In this document: in pieces, positions 46,830 through 60,299 of the stretch
How the letters are laid out: every line of letters starts with the position of its first letter
Numbering within the stretch: the stretch's first letter is position 1
Origin: the human T2T-CHM13v2.0 reference genome, Homo sapiens
DNA: 64,000 nucleotides
Reading direction: 5' to 3' (one strand)
NCBI RefSeq assembly: GCF_009914755.1
Contig: NC_060928.1
The notes under the pieces: model-generated
Seen by the model: only the letters and a program-made list of their open reading frames with translations
Told to the model about the DNA's origin: nothing
Databases searched by the model: none
Position numbers and translations under genes: made by a program

Positions 46830-49080
46830 CTGTTATTTCCTCATTTATTTTCTGTGTGCTTGTATTATCAATTACTGAGAGAGGACCATCATAATCTCCA
46901 AGTATAAATGGGAATCTGTCTATTTCTCCTTTAATTTTCATCAATTTACTTTCTTTACGTTGATCCTCTTAGGTACACACATATTTGTGATTATTATGTC
47001 TTCTTGATGAATTTAACACCTTTACTTATAAAATGACCTTTATTCTCATAATAATCATTTCTCTGAAGGTCTAATTTATCTAATATTAATGCAGCCACTC
47101 CACCTTTACTTTACTGTTAGTATCATAGGTATATTCTCATTTTATTTTTCACCTTTTTCTTTATGAGTTTCTTAAGATAGCACAGAGTTTAGTCTTGCTT
47201 TTTTTAAAAAAATCCAATTTGACAATGTCTAACTATTGGTGAGGGTTGTGAGAACTTTACATTTAATGTGATTATCTACATGTTTGAGTTGGGATTTATC
47301 ATTTTGCTACTTTTTTTAAGTTACCTCATCTCTTTTTTGTTCTTTTTTTCTTTCCTATCTTCATGTTTATTAGTTGAACACATTTTATGATCCTAGTTGA
47401 TTTTTTTTAGCTTATTAAATATTCTTTTTTTGCTCTACCTTTGTTGTGGTTGTGTGTAAAATTTGCAATTAGTATCATTTTTAGCATAACAACTTTACGA
47501 CAGTATACTTCCTGTATCTCTTCCCAGATTTTGTGTTATTGTTGCCATACAGTTTACTTCTATGTATTACAACTTCACAATACAATAAATATCTGTAGTT
47601 ATCATTTTGGTTTTAAGCAGTCATTTAACCTTTAGTAATATTAAATAACATTTTTTAAGTCTTTTTTATTCATTGACTTATTTACAATTTTTGTCTCTCC
47701 ATTCGTCTAGATCGAAATTTTTACTAGAGATCATTTTTCTTCTGCCTTCAACATTTCTTCAAGAAGTGGTGGTCTATAGAAGATTAATTTTCTTGGTTCT
47801 TGTAGCAACAAAAAAAATCAGCCTTTATTTTTAAAATTAAATTGGCTGGGTATTAAATTTGCTGGGAATATATGTATTAATTATGATAATTTTAATTTAT
47901 TTTAGTACTTTTTAGGTGTAATTGCTGTTTTGTAGCTTGCATTGCTTTCAATGAGAAGTCTGTTTTCATTCTTTTTTTTTCTTTGCTAGATGAAGTATTT
48001 TTTAATTTTCCTTCCATTTTTCAGATTTTCTTTTTATTACTCTTCAATATATTGATTATGATGTGATAGAGGCATTTTATTTTTCTTTTTACTTGGTTAA
48101 TTGAACTTCTTGGATCTATTTGTATATGGAATTCACCAAATTTGAAAAATTTGGGGCCATTATTTATTTTAATATTTTTTTCTGCTGATGCTCCTTCCTT
48201 TAGGATATTGAAATAGTATATGTTAGGATGTTTTGTTTATTTTGTGGGGAAGGGAGAAGTGATTATTTCTCTTTATTTTTCATTTTGTATAGTTTCTATT
48301 ACTATATCTTTAAATTCTTTTTTTCTATGCTGTGTCCAATCTATTAATACTATCCAATGTATTTTTAATTTTAGATATTGTGTGTTTCATCTCTGGTAGT
48401 TTAATGTGGGCTTGTTTATAGAAATTTTATTTTTCTCATTATATGCTTACTTTTATGTTCTTTTGGCCATACCCTATTTTTGTTTTTAGGTCTACACTAT
48501 AGCACTTATGTAAATTTAAAATTTACATACAGAAATACAGAGCAACTGCTAAAAAGTCTAAAGATGTATCTTTTCAAAAGCCCCAGGCAGGAAGACTTAA
48601 AAAATCAATAAACAAATATTAAAATTAATTAGTCTTGTAAGTTGTCCAACATAATATCAAATTACAAAATTCAATAGCATTCTTTAACCCAGATACAAGT
48701 ATAAAATGTAACAAAATAAGATGTTTAGAATTGCAACACAAACTATCATCGAAGAGTTATCTTAAAGATACTCAATAACCACAAGCTATTTATAATAGCT
48801 GTTTTAGAGTACTTGTCTACTAATTCTATCATGTATGTCATGACTGTGAACTTGTCTGTTTAATAATATGCTATTTGTTGCTCTCAGTCATATATTTATG
48901 CTTTGTTAACTACTTCATAACTTTTTTTTCTGATTTTACCTTGTTGGATACTGGGCTATTTTTTTTTAATTCTGTTAAATATTTGGACGCTTTGATCTGG
49001 TAGAGAGATATTTGTAATTTCATCCATTAGAAGCTTGCGTTTAAGTTTATTAGATCACATTCTAACATTTTATTTCGGAG
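46830..49080 (-). mobile_element. Old L1M (ORF1/ORF2 5' region), degenerate
   Basis: T-rich with reverse-complement endonuclease/ORF1 motifs (aattactgagagagg...tctcca, gagaagtctg...attctt, tttggggccattatt). Confidence 0.65.
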
Positions 49081-49319
49081 TAAATTTTATTCCACCAAAG
49101 AGGCCATACACATCTAAAGACTCTATTTGGATGATGTTTGGAGACCTTTAACCATGGCAAAAAAAAAAACTATATACATATGTATGATTTTTATATACGT
49201 ATGTATACATGAAGTAACTATTATTGGACCACCTACTATTTCTAGTTGTTTTATGACCTGTTTCAGTATTTTCCTTACATTCGTGTGCAGATCAGTATTC
49301 CAAAAAACAAAACAGACTT

Positions 49320-49470
49320 GAGGATATTTATTGGGTATTATGCTCACTACTGGGTGATGGGATTATTCATCCATCAAGCCTTAGTGACACGCAGTATACT
49401 CAGATAACAAATTTGCACATATACCCTTGGAAACTAAAATGAAAGCAGAAGATAAAAAATAAAATACAAT
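49320..49470 (+). mobile_element. L1PB/L1MA 3' terminal fragment
   Basis: ttgggtattatgctcactactgggtgatggga...aacaaatttgcacatataccc...ctaaaat. Confidence 0.8.
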
Positions 49471-49589
49471 GTTACTACTAAAGAAAGCTGGTCATTTAAA
49501 AAATTTTCATTATTCATTTTATATTCATTAATTGGAATTAAGAGATTGCTTGTTCATTGAACTGTTTATACAGTATAAACTAAAATATT

Positions 49590-50110
49590 AATGAATTTTA
49601 TTTTATGTGTTCTATTCATTCATACTAATTATTTATTTTGCTTCTCAAATTGTCCCAGATTTTGGAACCTTCTTCACAGTAGTTCCTGTATTCTTTTGAA
49701 ATGGCTCCATCATTTCTGAGCACTTTTCACTTTTTGGTATTACTAGATGGTTTAGACTCGACTTCTGTTTTCGCTGCCTCAAACTTAAAATTAAACACTT
49801 CTCCAGTGAACGGTATTTTATTTTATTAGATAATGGCATATAAAACTCAAGATGTATATTATAGGTATATTCATTGTTACTGGAGTTTCATGTGTTTTCA
49901 ATGGACAAAGAGAGAAAATATATTTGCACATACTGACACACACATAAACATTTTCTATTATCTATTTCTAAATAATTTTTAACAGTAAAAATCCTTTGCC
50001 ACAATAACACAATGTTTACCTATTTGATAAGTCTTAATAAATATGTGAAATTTGTTTTGGAATTACTCAGAGATTTATAAAAAAAATCAAATCCACTGCT
50101 TATGGAAAAA
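49590..50110 (-). mobile_element. L1MC-type 3' fragment
   Basis: ttgtcccagattt...cattt...gagcacttt...ttctccag motifs. Confidence 0.55.
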
Positions 50111-50256
50111 TATTTGTCTTATAAATGAGTCTCTTAACAGCATTAAAACAGTACTACTAGACTCATATCACATACTACATTACTACATAATAGATTCATA
50201 TGATTTTATGCATAGATTATAACAAAATTCCAAATAAGAAATATTTTTTGTTCCAT

Positions 50257-50328
50257 AGGCAGACAGGCAAGCAGGCAGGCAGGCAGGCAGGCAGGCATGC
50301 AGGAAGGAAGGAAGGAAAAGAAAGAAAG

Positions 50329-50366
<38 letters not shown>

Positions 50367-50432
50367 AAGAAAGAGAGAAAGAAAAAAAGAAGAAAGAAAA
50401 GAAAGAAAGAAAGAGAAGAAAGAAAAAAGAAA
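50257..50432 (+). repeat. Compound (GGCA)n/(GA)n/(GAAA)n polypurine tract
   Basis: Direct inspection. Confidence 0.92.
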
Positions 50433-50709
50433 ATCTCCTAAGGCCAATTCAAACTGTTCAGAAAAGGACTGAAGAACAAATATATTTAAGGTTCATAAAC
50501 ACTCATGAATACAAAGGCAAGTGTCCCTGTATCAAATTATGAGCAAACTGGAATTAATGATGAACAAGAAAATATAAAATATTAATATCACATTGAAATT
50601 AACTCAAGATGGAAGGAGGGATAAATAGAAAATTTATAAATGTCATAGACAATATTACAGGTTAAAAGAGAATGGAGATAAAAAATACTAAAATATTATT
50701 AATTTTTGC

Positions 50710-51385
50710 ATACTGACCCTTTATCATATATATGTCTTACGAATATTCACTTCCATTCCACAGATTGCCTTTTAAGTTTGTTGATTGTCTCTTTTGCTGG
50801 CCAGAAGCTATTTTAGGTTGATATAATCTCACTTGTCTGTTTTTGCTTTTGGTGTTATATCCAAGAAATTATTGCCAAGGTCAATGTCAAGAAGCATTTC
50901 CCTATGCTTTCTTCCAGGGTTTTTGTGGTTTTAGGTCTTAGGTTGAATATTTAATTTGTCTCAGGGCATCAAAATGTCCATGTTACCCAAAACAATCCAG
51001 ATTCAATGAATCCATATTAAAATCCCACTGGCATTTTTTTAAAGAAATAGAAAAAACAAAACCAAAATTTATATGGAGCCACAAAAAAACAAATATTCAA
51101 AGCAACTTTGTGCAAGAAGAGAAAAGCTGCAGACATCACACTCCCTAGTTTCAAAATACACTACAAAGTGACAAGAATCCAAACAGTATTAAAGCACACG
51201 TATAGACCAAGGGAACAAAATGGAGAGTCTAGAAAGAAACCTACCCATATATGGTCAGCTGGTCTTTCAACAAGATATCAAGAATATACGATGAACAAAG
51301 AGTAGTCTCTTCAATAAATGATGCCAGAAACACTAAATATCCACAAGCAAAAGAAGGAAATTGGAGCCTTATCTGAAGCCATCAC
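50710..51385. mobile_element. Old L1 ORF2 with internal inversion (minus 50710-50958, plus 50968-51385)
   Basis: Two adjacent ORF2 segments in opposite orientation, joined 5' end to 5' end. Confidence 0.75.
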
Positions 51386-51814
51386 TCTTCAAATTTGATG
51401 AAAAAAATTCTTAAAACTTAGAAAACAGAACTTTTTTGAATTAATACAATGGTTATATATTTAACATAAGCTTAAATGGGAGAAAAAAATAAAAGCATTT
51501 TCTTTAAAAGCAAATATATGAATGATCTAGAATGCCTACTTCTACTTAATACTAAATGTAAAGTTTCAGCTTACAAAATAAAATACGTGAAATGCCTAAA
51601 AACTGAAAAAAAGAAAAAAGACCGCCACAACTTTTACATACTATTATGGTCTATATTGAAATTCAAAGGAATCTACAGCCACTATTAAGTTATAGTCTAC
51701 ACTGAGAGAGATAATCTTTCAATTTCCCTCAGCTATTAGTCTCAAAGGGGATTCATTGTTGAACCCAAATTGATACCAAAGAGAAAGGGAGCCAGGTGAT
51801 ATCAGGTGATACAT

Positions 51815-52016
51815 GGTTATACTCTTCTCCTGAACTATGTTAAAGCTACCTTTGTCATTTCCCCAGTACCACAAGCCATAGCTTTTTTCAAACATTGCTA
51901 TTCCCTCTCCTTTTAACCACCTTCACTTGAATTTTGCAGATTCAGTGATATTCACACATGCTACTCTGAGCTACTACAAATGATGGGAATATTAATACTC
52001 CTCCAGGTAGAAAAGG
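51815..52016 (+). repeat. 202-bp local direct duplication, copy 1
   Basis: About 90% identical (by eye) to 53177-53378. Confidence 0.93.
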
Positions 52017-52079
52017 AGCCAGGTAATACAGTCAATAAAAGTAGCTTCCTAGCACTATGAATAGCGTTCATTCAGGAGG

Positions 52080-52675
52080 TGTACTGCAAAGTGTTTACTT
52101 TGCAGGTCTGGATTTCTCAACTTGTACATTCCCAAAAAAGACTCATGTTCTTATATTCAAGAGGGGCTCATACCTGGCTCCTAAGAGCTGAGTTCCAATC
52201 TTTTGGAATACAGTGCCTAATAAGAGTGTTTTTGTATATCTGAGGTCTTGGTCCACATTAGTTTGACTAGATAGTTTATGTTATCAATGTGATTTACCAT
52301 GATCACCAGTTTTTGCTCTGAGGGTCTGGAGTCTGGGTAGCTGAGGTTAGTCAAACAGGCTCTAGACATCTATGTGATTGAGCCTTAGCAATAACCCAAG
52401 ACATCAAGGTTCAGGTGAGTTAGTTGATAAAACTGCATCCCGTCACCACATATCATTTCTAGGAATATTAAATAAATCCTGTACAACTCTACTGGAAGAG
52501 GACCCCTGCAAGCTTGCAACTGATCTTTTCTGGGCTACCCTTCATAGGTCTTTTCTCTCTCCTTATTTTAATCTGTAATCTGTATTATTTTGTTATAATG
52601 AACCATAACCATGAGCCTAGCAGCTTCTGAGTCCTGTGAGTCTTTCTAGTGAATCATCGAGTCTCAGAGTAGATC
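52080..52675 (+). mobile_element. MER21-family LTR
   Basis: gcctaataagagtgtttttgta, tagtttatgttatcaatgtgattt, aaccataaccatgag...gagtcctgtgagtctttctagtgaatcatcga. Confidence 0.8.
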
Positions 52676-53176
52676 CATAAGAATAATCAGTAAGAAGTTA
52701 TGAATATTTTGGTAAAACAAAATGTATATTATCATTGCAATAGAAATTTCTTTGTAAAATATTTTTTCCTTAATCTTGAATGTACAAGTATACTTAAAAT
52801 TCCAAAATACCACATGAAAAATAATTTACTGGAATTTATTTCTCATATTTAAACGTGACTTTAAATTACACCATTATAGTGTAATTAAGATTATATTAAA
52901 AGATTATATTAAAATATATAACTAAAATACAGCCATATGGATCAGGGCTCTAAGTTTCCATTCTTGTAGACATTTGTCTTTCTCTTTGATTTAATGAGGA
53001 TATACCAATAGTAATAGCTCCATCTGCAGTTGGCTACGATTCATTTTTTTCTCCTGCAATTTTTGACGTAGTTGGAGTGAGGCCATATGCAACAGGGTCT
53101 TTAAGCCATTTCCTTCTTCCCAGATGTGCCATGCAGCATCTTTACTCTTTATAACTCCCCATTCCCACCTCTTCCC

Positions 53177-53378
53177 GGTTACACTCTTATCCTGACTATG
53201 TTAAAGCTACCTTTGTCATTTCCCCAGCACCACAAGCCATAGTTTTTATCAACCATCACTATTCCCTCTCCTTTTAACCACCTTCATTTGAATTTTGCAG
53301 ATTCAATGATATTTACACATTGTACTCTAAGCTACTACAAATCACTGTGAATATCAATACTCCTCCAAGTAGAAAAGG
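53177..53378 (+). repeat. 202-bp local direct duplication, copy 2
   Basis: About 90% identical (by eye) to 51815-52016. Confidence 0.93.
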
Positions 53379-55406
53379 GTCATAAACAGGGAATTATAAA
53401 ATAGGCCTCTAAGAAAACCCCAGAGGAATGCAAGTTAAAATGAGACATGTACTTTCAACAAACTGGTCACAAAATAAAAACCATTTATTATAGCCAAGAT
53501 GCCAAGGATGTATAAAAATTATATATGTTTTATTATGTTAGCGAACTGGTATACAGACCCTAAAGGTGAAACCGTGAATGCAATTCTACCGCTGGAGGAA
53601 TTCCTGATTTACCAAGTCTCCAGCACACCCACATACACACAACACACAAATATACTATATATCAATTATACATATATTATATATATACATACATGTAAGA
53701 ATTACACTGTGGTGTGTGCTAAAGAATACACGACTAAGTGGCAGAGTTAACAATACTACTTAAATGTTATTAATAACTTGAATGTGATCTCTGTGATAGG
53801 ATGTCCCAGCTCTCTAGATATGAAATCATCGACATAAGCTTTCTATTGTTCTCTTTCTTAAACTATAACACTACTTTCTCATTTGAAAAAGAGAATCAGT
53901 GATAGCTATCTCAATATCAAATGCTTTATTTTTGACTTCCTATTAACGTCTTTTCTTTAGAAAAGCAGAGAGCTAGGGCTTGAGTGAATCCTAGAATCAC
54001 AAAGATACCTATACTGTTTTAGTGAAATTAGTTAAGTGGGCTTTGGAGGTAAATAGATCTATCTTCCCATATTTTTTCAAAATGATGTTTGTCAAAGAGA
54101 GAGTTACTTAATTTTTATGTTTTTATTTTATCATAAAATTAAAATGATAATATTTTGTAAATATATTGTGAAAATTAGTAATAATAATCCAAATGTTTAG
54201 AAAAATGCTTCAGTGGAGAGTTACATCATCATAAATTTTAAAACTAAACTGAAGATTATAGCACAAGAAAGTAGGCTGTCAACAGATTTACTGCCTAACC
54301 ACCAATAATGAGAAATAGTTTAGTTATCTTTCCAAGGTATATAACAGAATATACAAAAATATAACAGAATGAAGAATACTATTTGAGATGAGAAGCCATA
54401 ACTTCAATGTAGTCAGATATTTGTGTATCTAAACCTGCCAAGCAAGGAGAGGAGTGTGTACATGGGCATTTCTGGGTGTGTCCACTAATTATCCCAGCTG
54501 ACAACCTGAAAAAGAGAACAACTGTAGCCACTACATCAGGGTATTTTGGGAATTTGAAGACTACGGACATATTACTAGGCTCCACTGATGCTGGGATACC
54601 AACTTTAATGAAATCACAATTGAGCTAAAAACAAAGATTGGTTGAATTCAATTTCTATTCTAACACAAGGCTACCACTTCACACTACTTTTAGTTGGCAC
54701 TTTTGTCAAGAAAAGACAGAAAATATCTAGAAACATGGATTCCAAAATAATATCATTAAAATGACAATATAAGCACCACAGTTTGTATAAATCCAATAAA
54801 TACCACATTATAGTTATTAGTTTTTCTTTATTCCTAAAATTGTTCACTTATGTGATGTATATTAACTTTATTTTTGAAAGAGATTCACGAAAATGAAAGA
54901 TCTATTCCTATGTGTTTATTTTCAATAACAAAATTGTCTATGAATTCAAAGATAATTACATTCACAGCAATTTTTAAAAGGTTCAAGGTGTTTTGATATA
55001 AATATAACAGAAATTACAAAATAATTTGATTTGCTACCATGAAGGAAGAGGGAAGGCATAACATGTAATGTTACAAAGCTCAAAAGGACTAGGTTTTGGG
55101 GTTAATAAGGGGTCTGCATTAAAGATAAGGTAAATTTTTTTTCCACAAGTAGGGAAATTCTTTTTTAGTTTACACACAGCACCTTTCAGAATTGAAGTTG
55201 AGTTGCTGATGATGCCAGTACACCCACGTTATGATTTCTTTGAAACATCCAATGGCTTCATCATTTAGGCCAAAAGAGCATAATCTCACGGAGGATAATT
55301 TCTATTTATGACCAACTAAAAACAGGAGGGTGGCAAACTTCTTATGCACGACAATAGTAAATATGGAAATCATCCTTAGTGAATATATTTTTATAAAGAA
55401 GTAACT

Positions 55407-55700
<294 letters not shown>

Positions 55701-56099
55701 GTAACTACATTTAAGACAACTTTTATTTTTAATCAAGGAATACGTTATGCACTAGAGATTCTTGATGGCTTACAAACCGGACGTGGGTGACAATTTAATC
55801 ATGATGTTAAAGTTGAAATGATAAGAGGATGTAGTAAAAAGTCCACCAAAGAAAACTAAAAGTGAGTAAGAATGAAGAATGAGAAGTAAGAGGTAGGAGT
55901 TACTCAGCCTAAGTATCTGAAAAGGTCTGGGTAGTGGCCTTGTTAGAGAGGAATCCCAGAGAATGATTGATGTGTTAGTTACACACATACACATTTGATG
56001 AAAGAAATCATACTGTACACTTTATGCACTTTTTATCACATAAAAATTATACCTTAATAAAAACAATAGAGATCAACAGAATGGTTACAATGAAAATAA

Positions 56100-56755
56100 A
56101 TACCAAAAAGAACAATACCAAGTGTTGATGACAATGGAGAAGAGCTGGAACCCTAGTATATGGCTAGTAGGTTTACTAGTTTGCACAACCTTTTGGGAAA
56201 CTAAATTTTAATGATATCTATGACCTGTCAATTCCACTCTCACGAATATATCCAACAGTATGGCATACATGTATTCACCAATATTAGGTACAAGAATGTT
56301 CAAAGCAGTGTTCATCATAAGGTGGCAAAACCAAAATAGCCTAAATTTCCATCAGCAGTAGAATGGATAAATAAAATGTGATACATTAATTCAATAGACT
56401 CCATATAGCTATAAGAATGAGCACAGCATATCTACATGCAACAACTTGTACGAATTTCAAAAACATAATATTAATCAAAATAAGCAAGATACAAAGGAGT
56501 ACATAATGTGTGATTCAACTATATAACGTTTAAAGTCAAGGAAAATTGATCCATGGTTTCAGAAGCCAAGAAAGTGTTTACCATTAAATAGGAGTTGTGG
56601 GGACTGATAAGCGGATGAAAGAGGAGTTATGGATTGCATTCATGTTTTGTTTATTAATTTGAGTGCTGGTTGCAAGGGTGGGGTTACTTCGTGAAACTTC
56701 AATGAGCTATAAAGTTTAGGATTTATGTTTTGCAGAAAGAATATACAAAATTTTA
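56100..56755 (+). mobile_element. L1ME-type 3' end
   Basis: acaagaatgttcaaagcag, gtagaatggataaataaaatgtg, caagatacaaaggagtacata motifs. Confidence 0.7.
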
Positions 56756-56762
56756 AAAACCC

Positions 56763-57115
<353 letters not shown>

Positions 57116-57792
57116 CTACATATAAGAAGGAATTGGAAGGCTTAGGTGACGAAAGATTAACAGAAACTCCAAGTTTTCCAGGGAAAGGGTGGGAAGCAGG
57201 GTATGAGAATTAGAGTGGGGATAGGAAACGGAGAGAAGCAATAAATACAACACTGGGCCCAGAAAAGAAACTATAGTTGAAATACAAATAATACATTATT
57301 GTGATTAATCTAGTTTAGTTGCAGACAAGTTGGATAGAGGGGGAAGGTTAAGAGGCTGTTTTTTTCTTAAGTTAATTGGGGTTTATTCCAAAAATAAAAA
57401 GTTGATTTAACAACTGATAATCACTTTATATATTTTACCATATTGGCGGAACAAAGAGAAGAATAATATAATAATTTGAATAGATGCAGAAAAACATTTG
57501 ATAAAATTCATCATCCTTTTATGATGAAAATTTATTTGAATTAAAAAGAAAAAGGGAGATTCCTCAATCTAATAAGAGATATCTAAAATTAGCCTACAGC
57601 AAACATCACCCTTAATGGTAAACAATGCATGATTTTCCACTGACATCTAGAATGAGACAAAATGCCCATTACCCTCATTTTTATCTTATATTGTGCTGGA
57701 GTGTCTCATTAACTGTTAAGAGATTTGTTTTCTTCATGGGCTGGGATAAGGTAACATTAGTTCTAAGAATCCATCTAAAATTTATCAGCAGG

Positions 57793-58008
57793 AAATGCTT
57801 GAGGGGATGGATACCCCGTACTCCAGGATGTGCTTATTTTACATTGCATGTCTGTATCAAAACATCCTATCTACCCCCTAAATATATACTACTATGTACC
57901 CACAAGAAAGTTTAAAAATAAAAATAAAAATAAATTTAAAAAGAGGAGTAAGGATTAAAGTTCAGATTTAAATTAAATATTAAATGTCAAAAAATAAAAA
58001 TGAATAAA
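57793..58008 (+). mobile_element. L1MA2/3-type 3' end with apparent 3' transduction
   Basis: tgcttgaggggatggataccc...tactatgtacccaca + A-rich tail + 46 nt + second A-rich tail, all inside a 17-bp TSD. Confidence 0.75.
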
Positions 58009-58346
58009 TAAAATATATCAGCAGGGAAAGAGGGCCCAACATGGTACTGACAGTTAAAACTAAATTTTACCAGCCAAGTGTCACATAGCTTATTACTGGG
58101 CTTTCTGCTCTCCCGATCTACAGTGCGCTGGGATGGATAGAGACAGACTGGAAACCCAAAAGACACATGCAAAATGGAGCCATCCAGTTTCCAGTGGCCT
58201 TACCTGTCTAACCATTTTCACTACAGTGTTCAAGGGCTTAACCTTTCTATTGCTGCAGCAAAGGCTAGTCTCAAATTCTACAGTGAGAACTATCTATTTG
58301 CTGTACAGCAGATCTCTTAGAAGTTGAGGAAGAAATAAAGTTCAGA

Positions 58347-58661
58347 GGCTGGGTGATGTGGCTCAAGCCTGTAATCCCAGCAATTTGTGAGGCCAAGGCG
58401 GGTGGATAACTTGAGGTCAGGAACTTGAGACCAGCCTCGCCAACATGGTGAAACCTCGTCTCTATTAAAAATACAAAAATTAGCCTGACCTGCTGGCAGC
58501 CTGTAATCCCAACTACAATGGAGGCTGAGGCGGGAGAATCGCTTGAACCCGGGAAGCAGAGGTTGCAGTGAGCCAAGATCCGCCACTGCACTCCAGCCTG
58601 GGCAACAGAGTAAGAGTCCACCTCAACAAAAAAAAAAAAAAAAAAAAAGAGAGAGAGAGAG
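58347..58661 (+). mobile_element. AluS (Sx-like), antisense to the UGT2A transcript
   Basis: Full dimer with A/(GA)n tail; TSD AGAAATAA(A/G)GTTCAG at 58331-58345 and 58662-58676. Confidence 0.95.
58490..58621 (-). CDS. Candidate exonised Alu cassette exon (132 nt, phase 1-1, open frame [43 protein letters not shown])
   Basis: (TC)n/poly-T tract + TTGAG| acceptor at 58622/58621. CAG|GTCAGG donor at 58490/58489. No stop in the frame joining exon 1 to exon 2. Confidence 0.7.
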
Positions 58662-59544
58662 AGAAATAAGGTTCAGTTAAATTTGATGGTGCCATGCAGA
58701 ACACTTGGCCTGACCAAAATTTATTAATAGATTCACTTCTGGATATGAGTAGCAGTGATTTTCATAATTCCTGATATCCCTGTTCCCTTAGCTATTAAAG
58801 GTATTTTTAAAATGTTAATTGTTTTACTCATTTCATCTGTAAGATTTAAGAGTTCCTCACTGATATAGAAAACAAGTTTTTTAACTGGTGCAATCAAATA
58901 TGTCCTTGTACTTATTCTGATGTCCTTCAAGACATTTGGAGTTCTTCTTTGTCACAATTTAACATATCATTTCTCAAGTCTGTTTTTCCTACACAGAACT
59001 GAAGAACAACTATTGTAATGGAAACGCCACAAAAATTTGACATGTTGTTAGCTCTCCTGCGGTCAAACATAATTACGTAAAATTGTGTATCTGCCCTCTT
59101 TCAATATCAGTTTACAGTTAGCAGGTGTTCTTAATCCTTTTGTTTGTGATGGCAAACAAAATACAAAATGGGGTTTTACCAGTTCTTCACAGTATACCTT
59201 AATTTGAAATAAAATATTCAAGGCAGTTATTTGTTGTTCAAATTATGTTCAGTAACATGAGAAGCATAAAGGTTTTAAGTAAATAGGATATTTAATTTCT
59301 TAAATGATAGAATTTCTGAACCTAGATTATTATTTTGTAAAGGTGAGAAGTTGAGAACTTGCTGTTTTACAAAGCCTTTTTCACACTTATCTAATTTGTT
59401 ATGGCTTCCTTTGAGAAGGAAGGTTTAGTACATACCAGAAACCATTTATTTTTTGTAGATTTTTTTGGCTACTTTCCATTTACAGAGCCCTGTGGTAATA
59501 TAAAAAGGGTTTTATCATTGCAGATTTCCTAAGTAGTTTGGTGT

Positions 59545-59750
59545 AAATAACATTTAATATAAGTATAATTCTTTATAGTTGACATGGAATAGCCACATAT
59601 GATATCATATGATCCTCCTAACGAATATAGTGAAATTTTTAACCCTATTTTAAAGAAGAGAAAGCACTGTGACTCTAAAGTTTCAGTTACTTGTCTGAGA
59701 TCCCAGTTAGCCAGTGGAACCTGAAGCCACATGCATTTTTCAGGACCCTT
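59545..59750 (-). mobile_element. MIR fragment
   Basis: ccctattttaaagaagag...actgtgactct...ttacttgtctgagatcccagttagccagtgg. Confidence 0.55.
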
Positions 59751-60299
59751 CACCTTGTTACTTTTTGTATGTCTCTTATTTAAGGTGTATAGATTGTTAA
59801 CTCATTCAGTAGCTGCAATAATCACTATCCAATACATAGCTGGGTAGTTACAATTATTGTAGAACACATTTCAAATGTCTTGAGACATACTCATGTGAAT
59901 TATACCCAAATTAAAAGAAAAATGTGGTTTGAAGGCATATAAAATTTGAAAGCCAGAAAAAAAGAAACTACGGTTAAATTATGCCTTAAAGGAATTTTAA
60001 AAATACAGAACTATACTTGTAAAATTTTAGTTATAGCATCTTCAAAAATAAACTCAAATTTTATTTACCTTGCATATGTTTTATATGTGGTATATTTAAT
60101 ATCTTTCCTCTAGACAAATTCTAAGAAAAAGTTGAAAACTTTTTGATAAAAAAAATTATTGCAAGAGTTTTGCAATATCAAGAGAAGAAAAAAGATATAT
60201 TCAAATACCCCTTGTGAAAGGTAAGAGTAAGATCAAGTTAGTTTATGAGTATTCAAGTTAGTTTATGTGTATGGCTTGCCACAGGTCTTTGTACTTGTT

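Noticed and set aside
54435-54525. Strong-looking acceptor GTTGTTCTCTTTTTCAG|G at 54506 with a possible 71-nt poison exon
   Set aside because: The donor CAG|GTTTAG is weak and there is an early stop. Such sites are expected by chance in a 40-kb intron without RNA evidence.
53400-55400. A degenerate extra UGT2A first exon hidden in intron 1
   Set aside because: Only a short chance resemblance (ctccactgatgctgg); no UGT peptide motifs in the minus-strand frames.
58733-59060. Short ORF resembling a DNA-transposon remnant
   Set aside because: No recognisable motif or terminal repeats; cannot be supported by eye.
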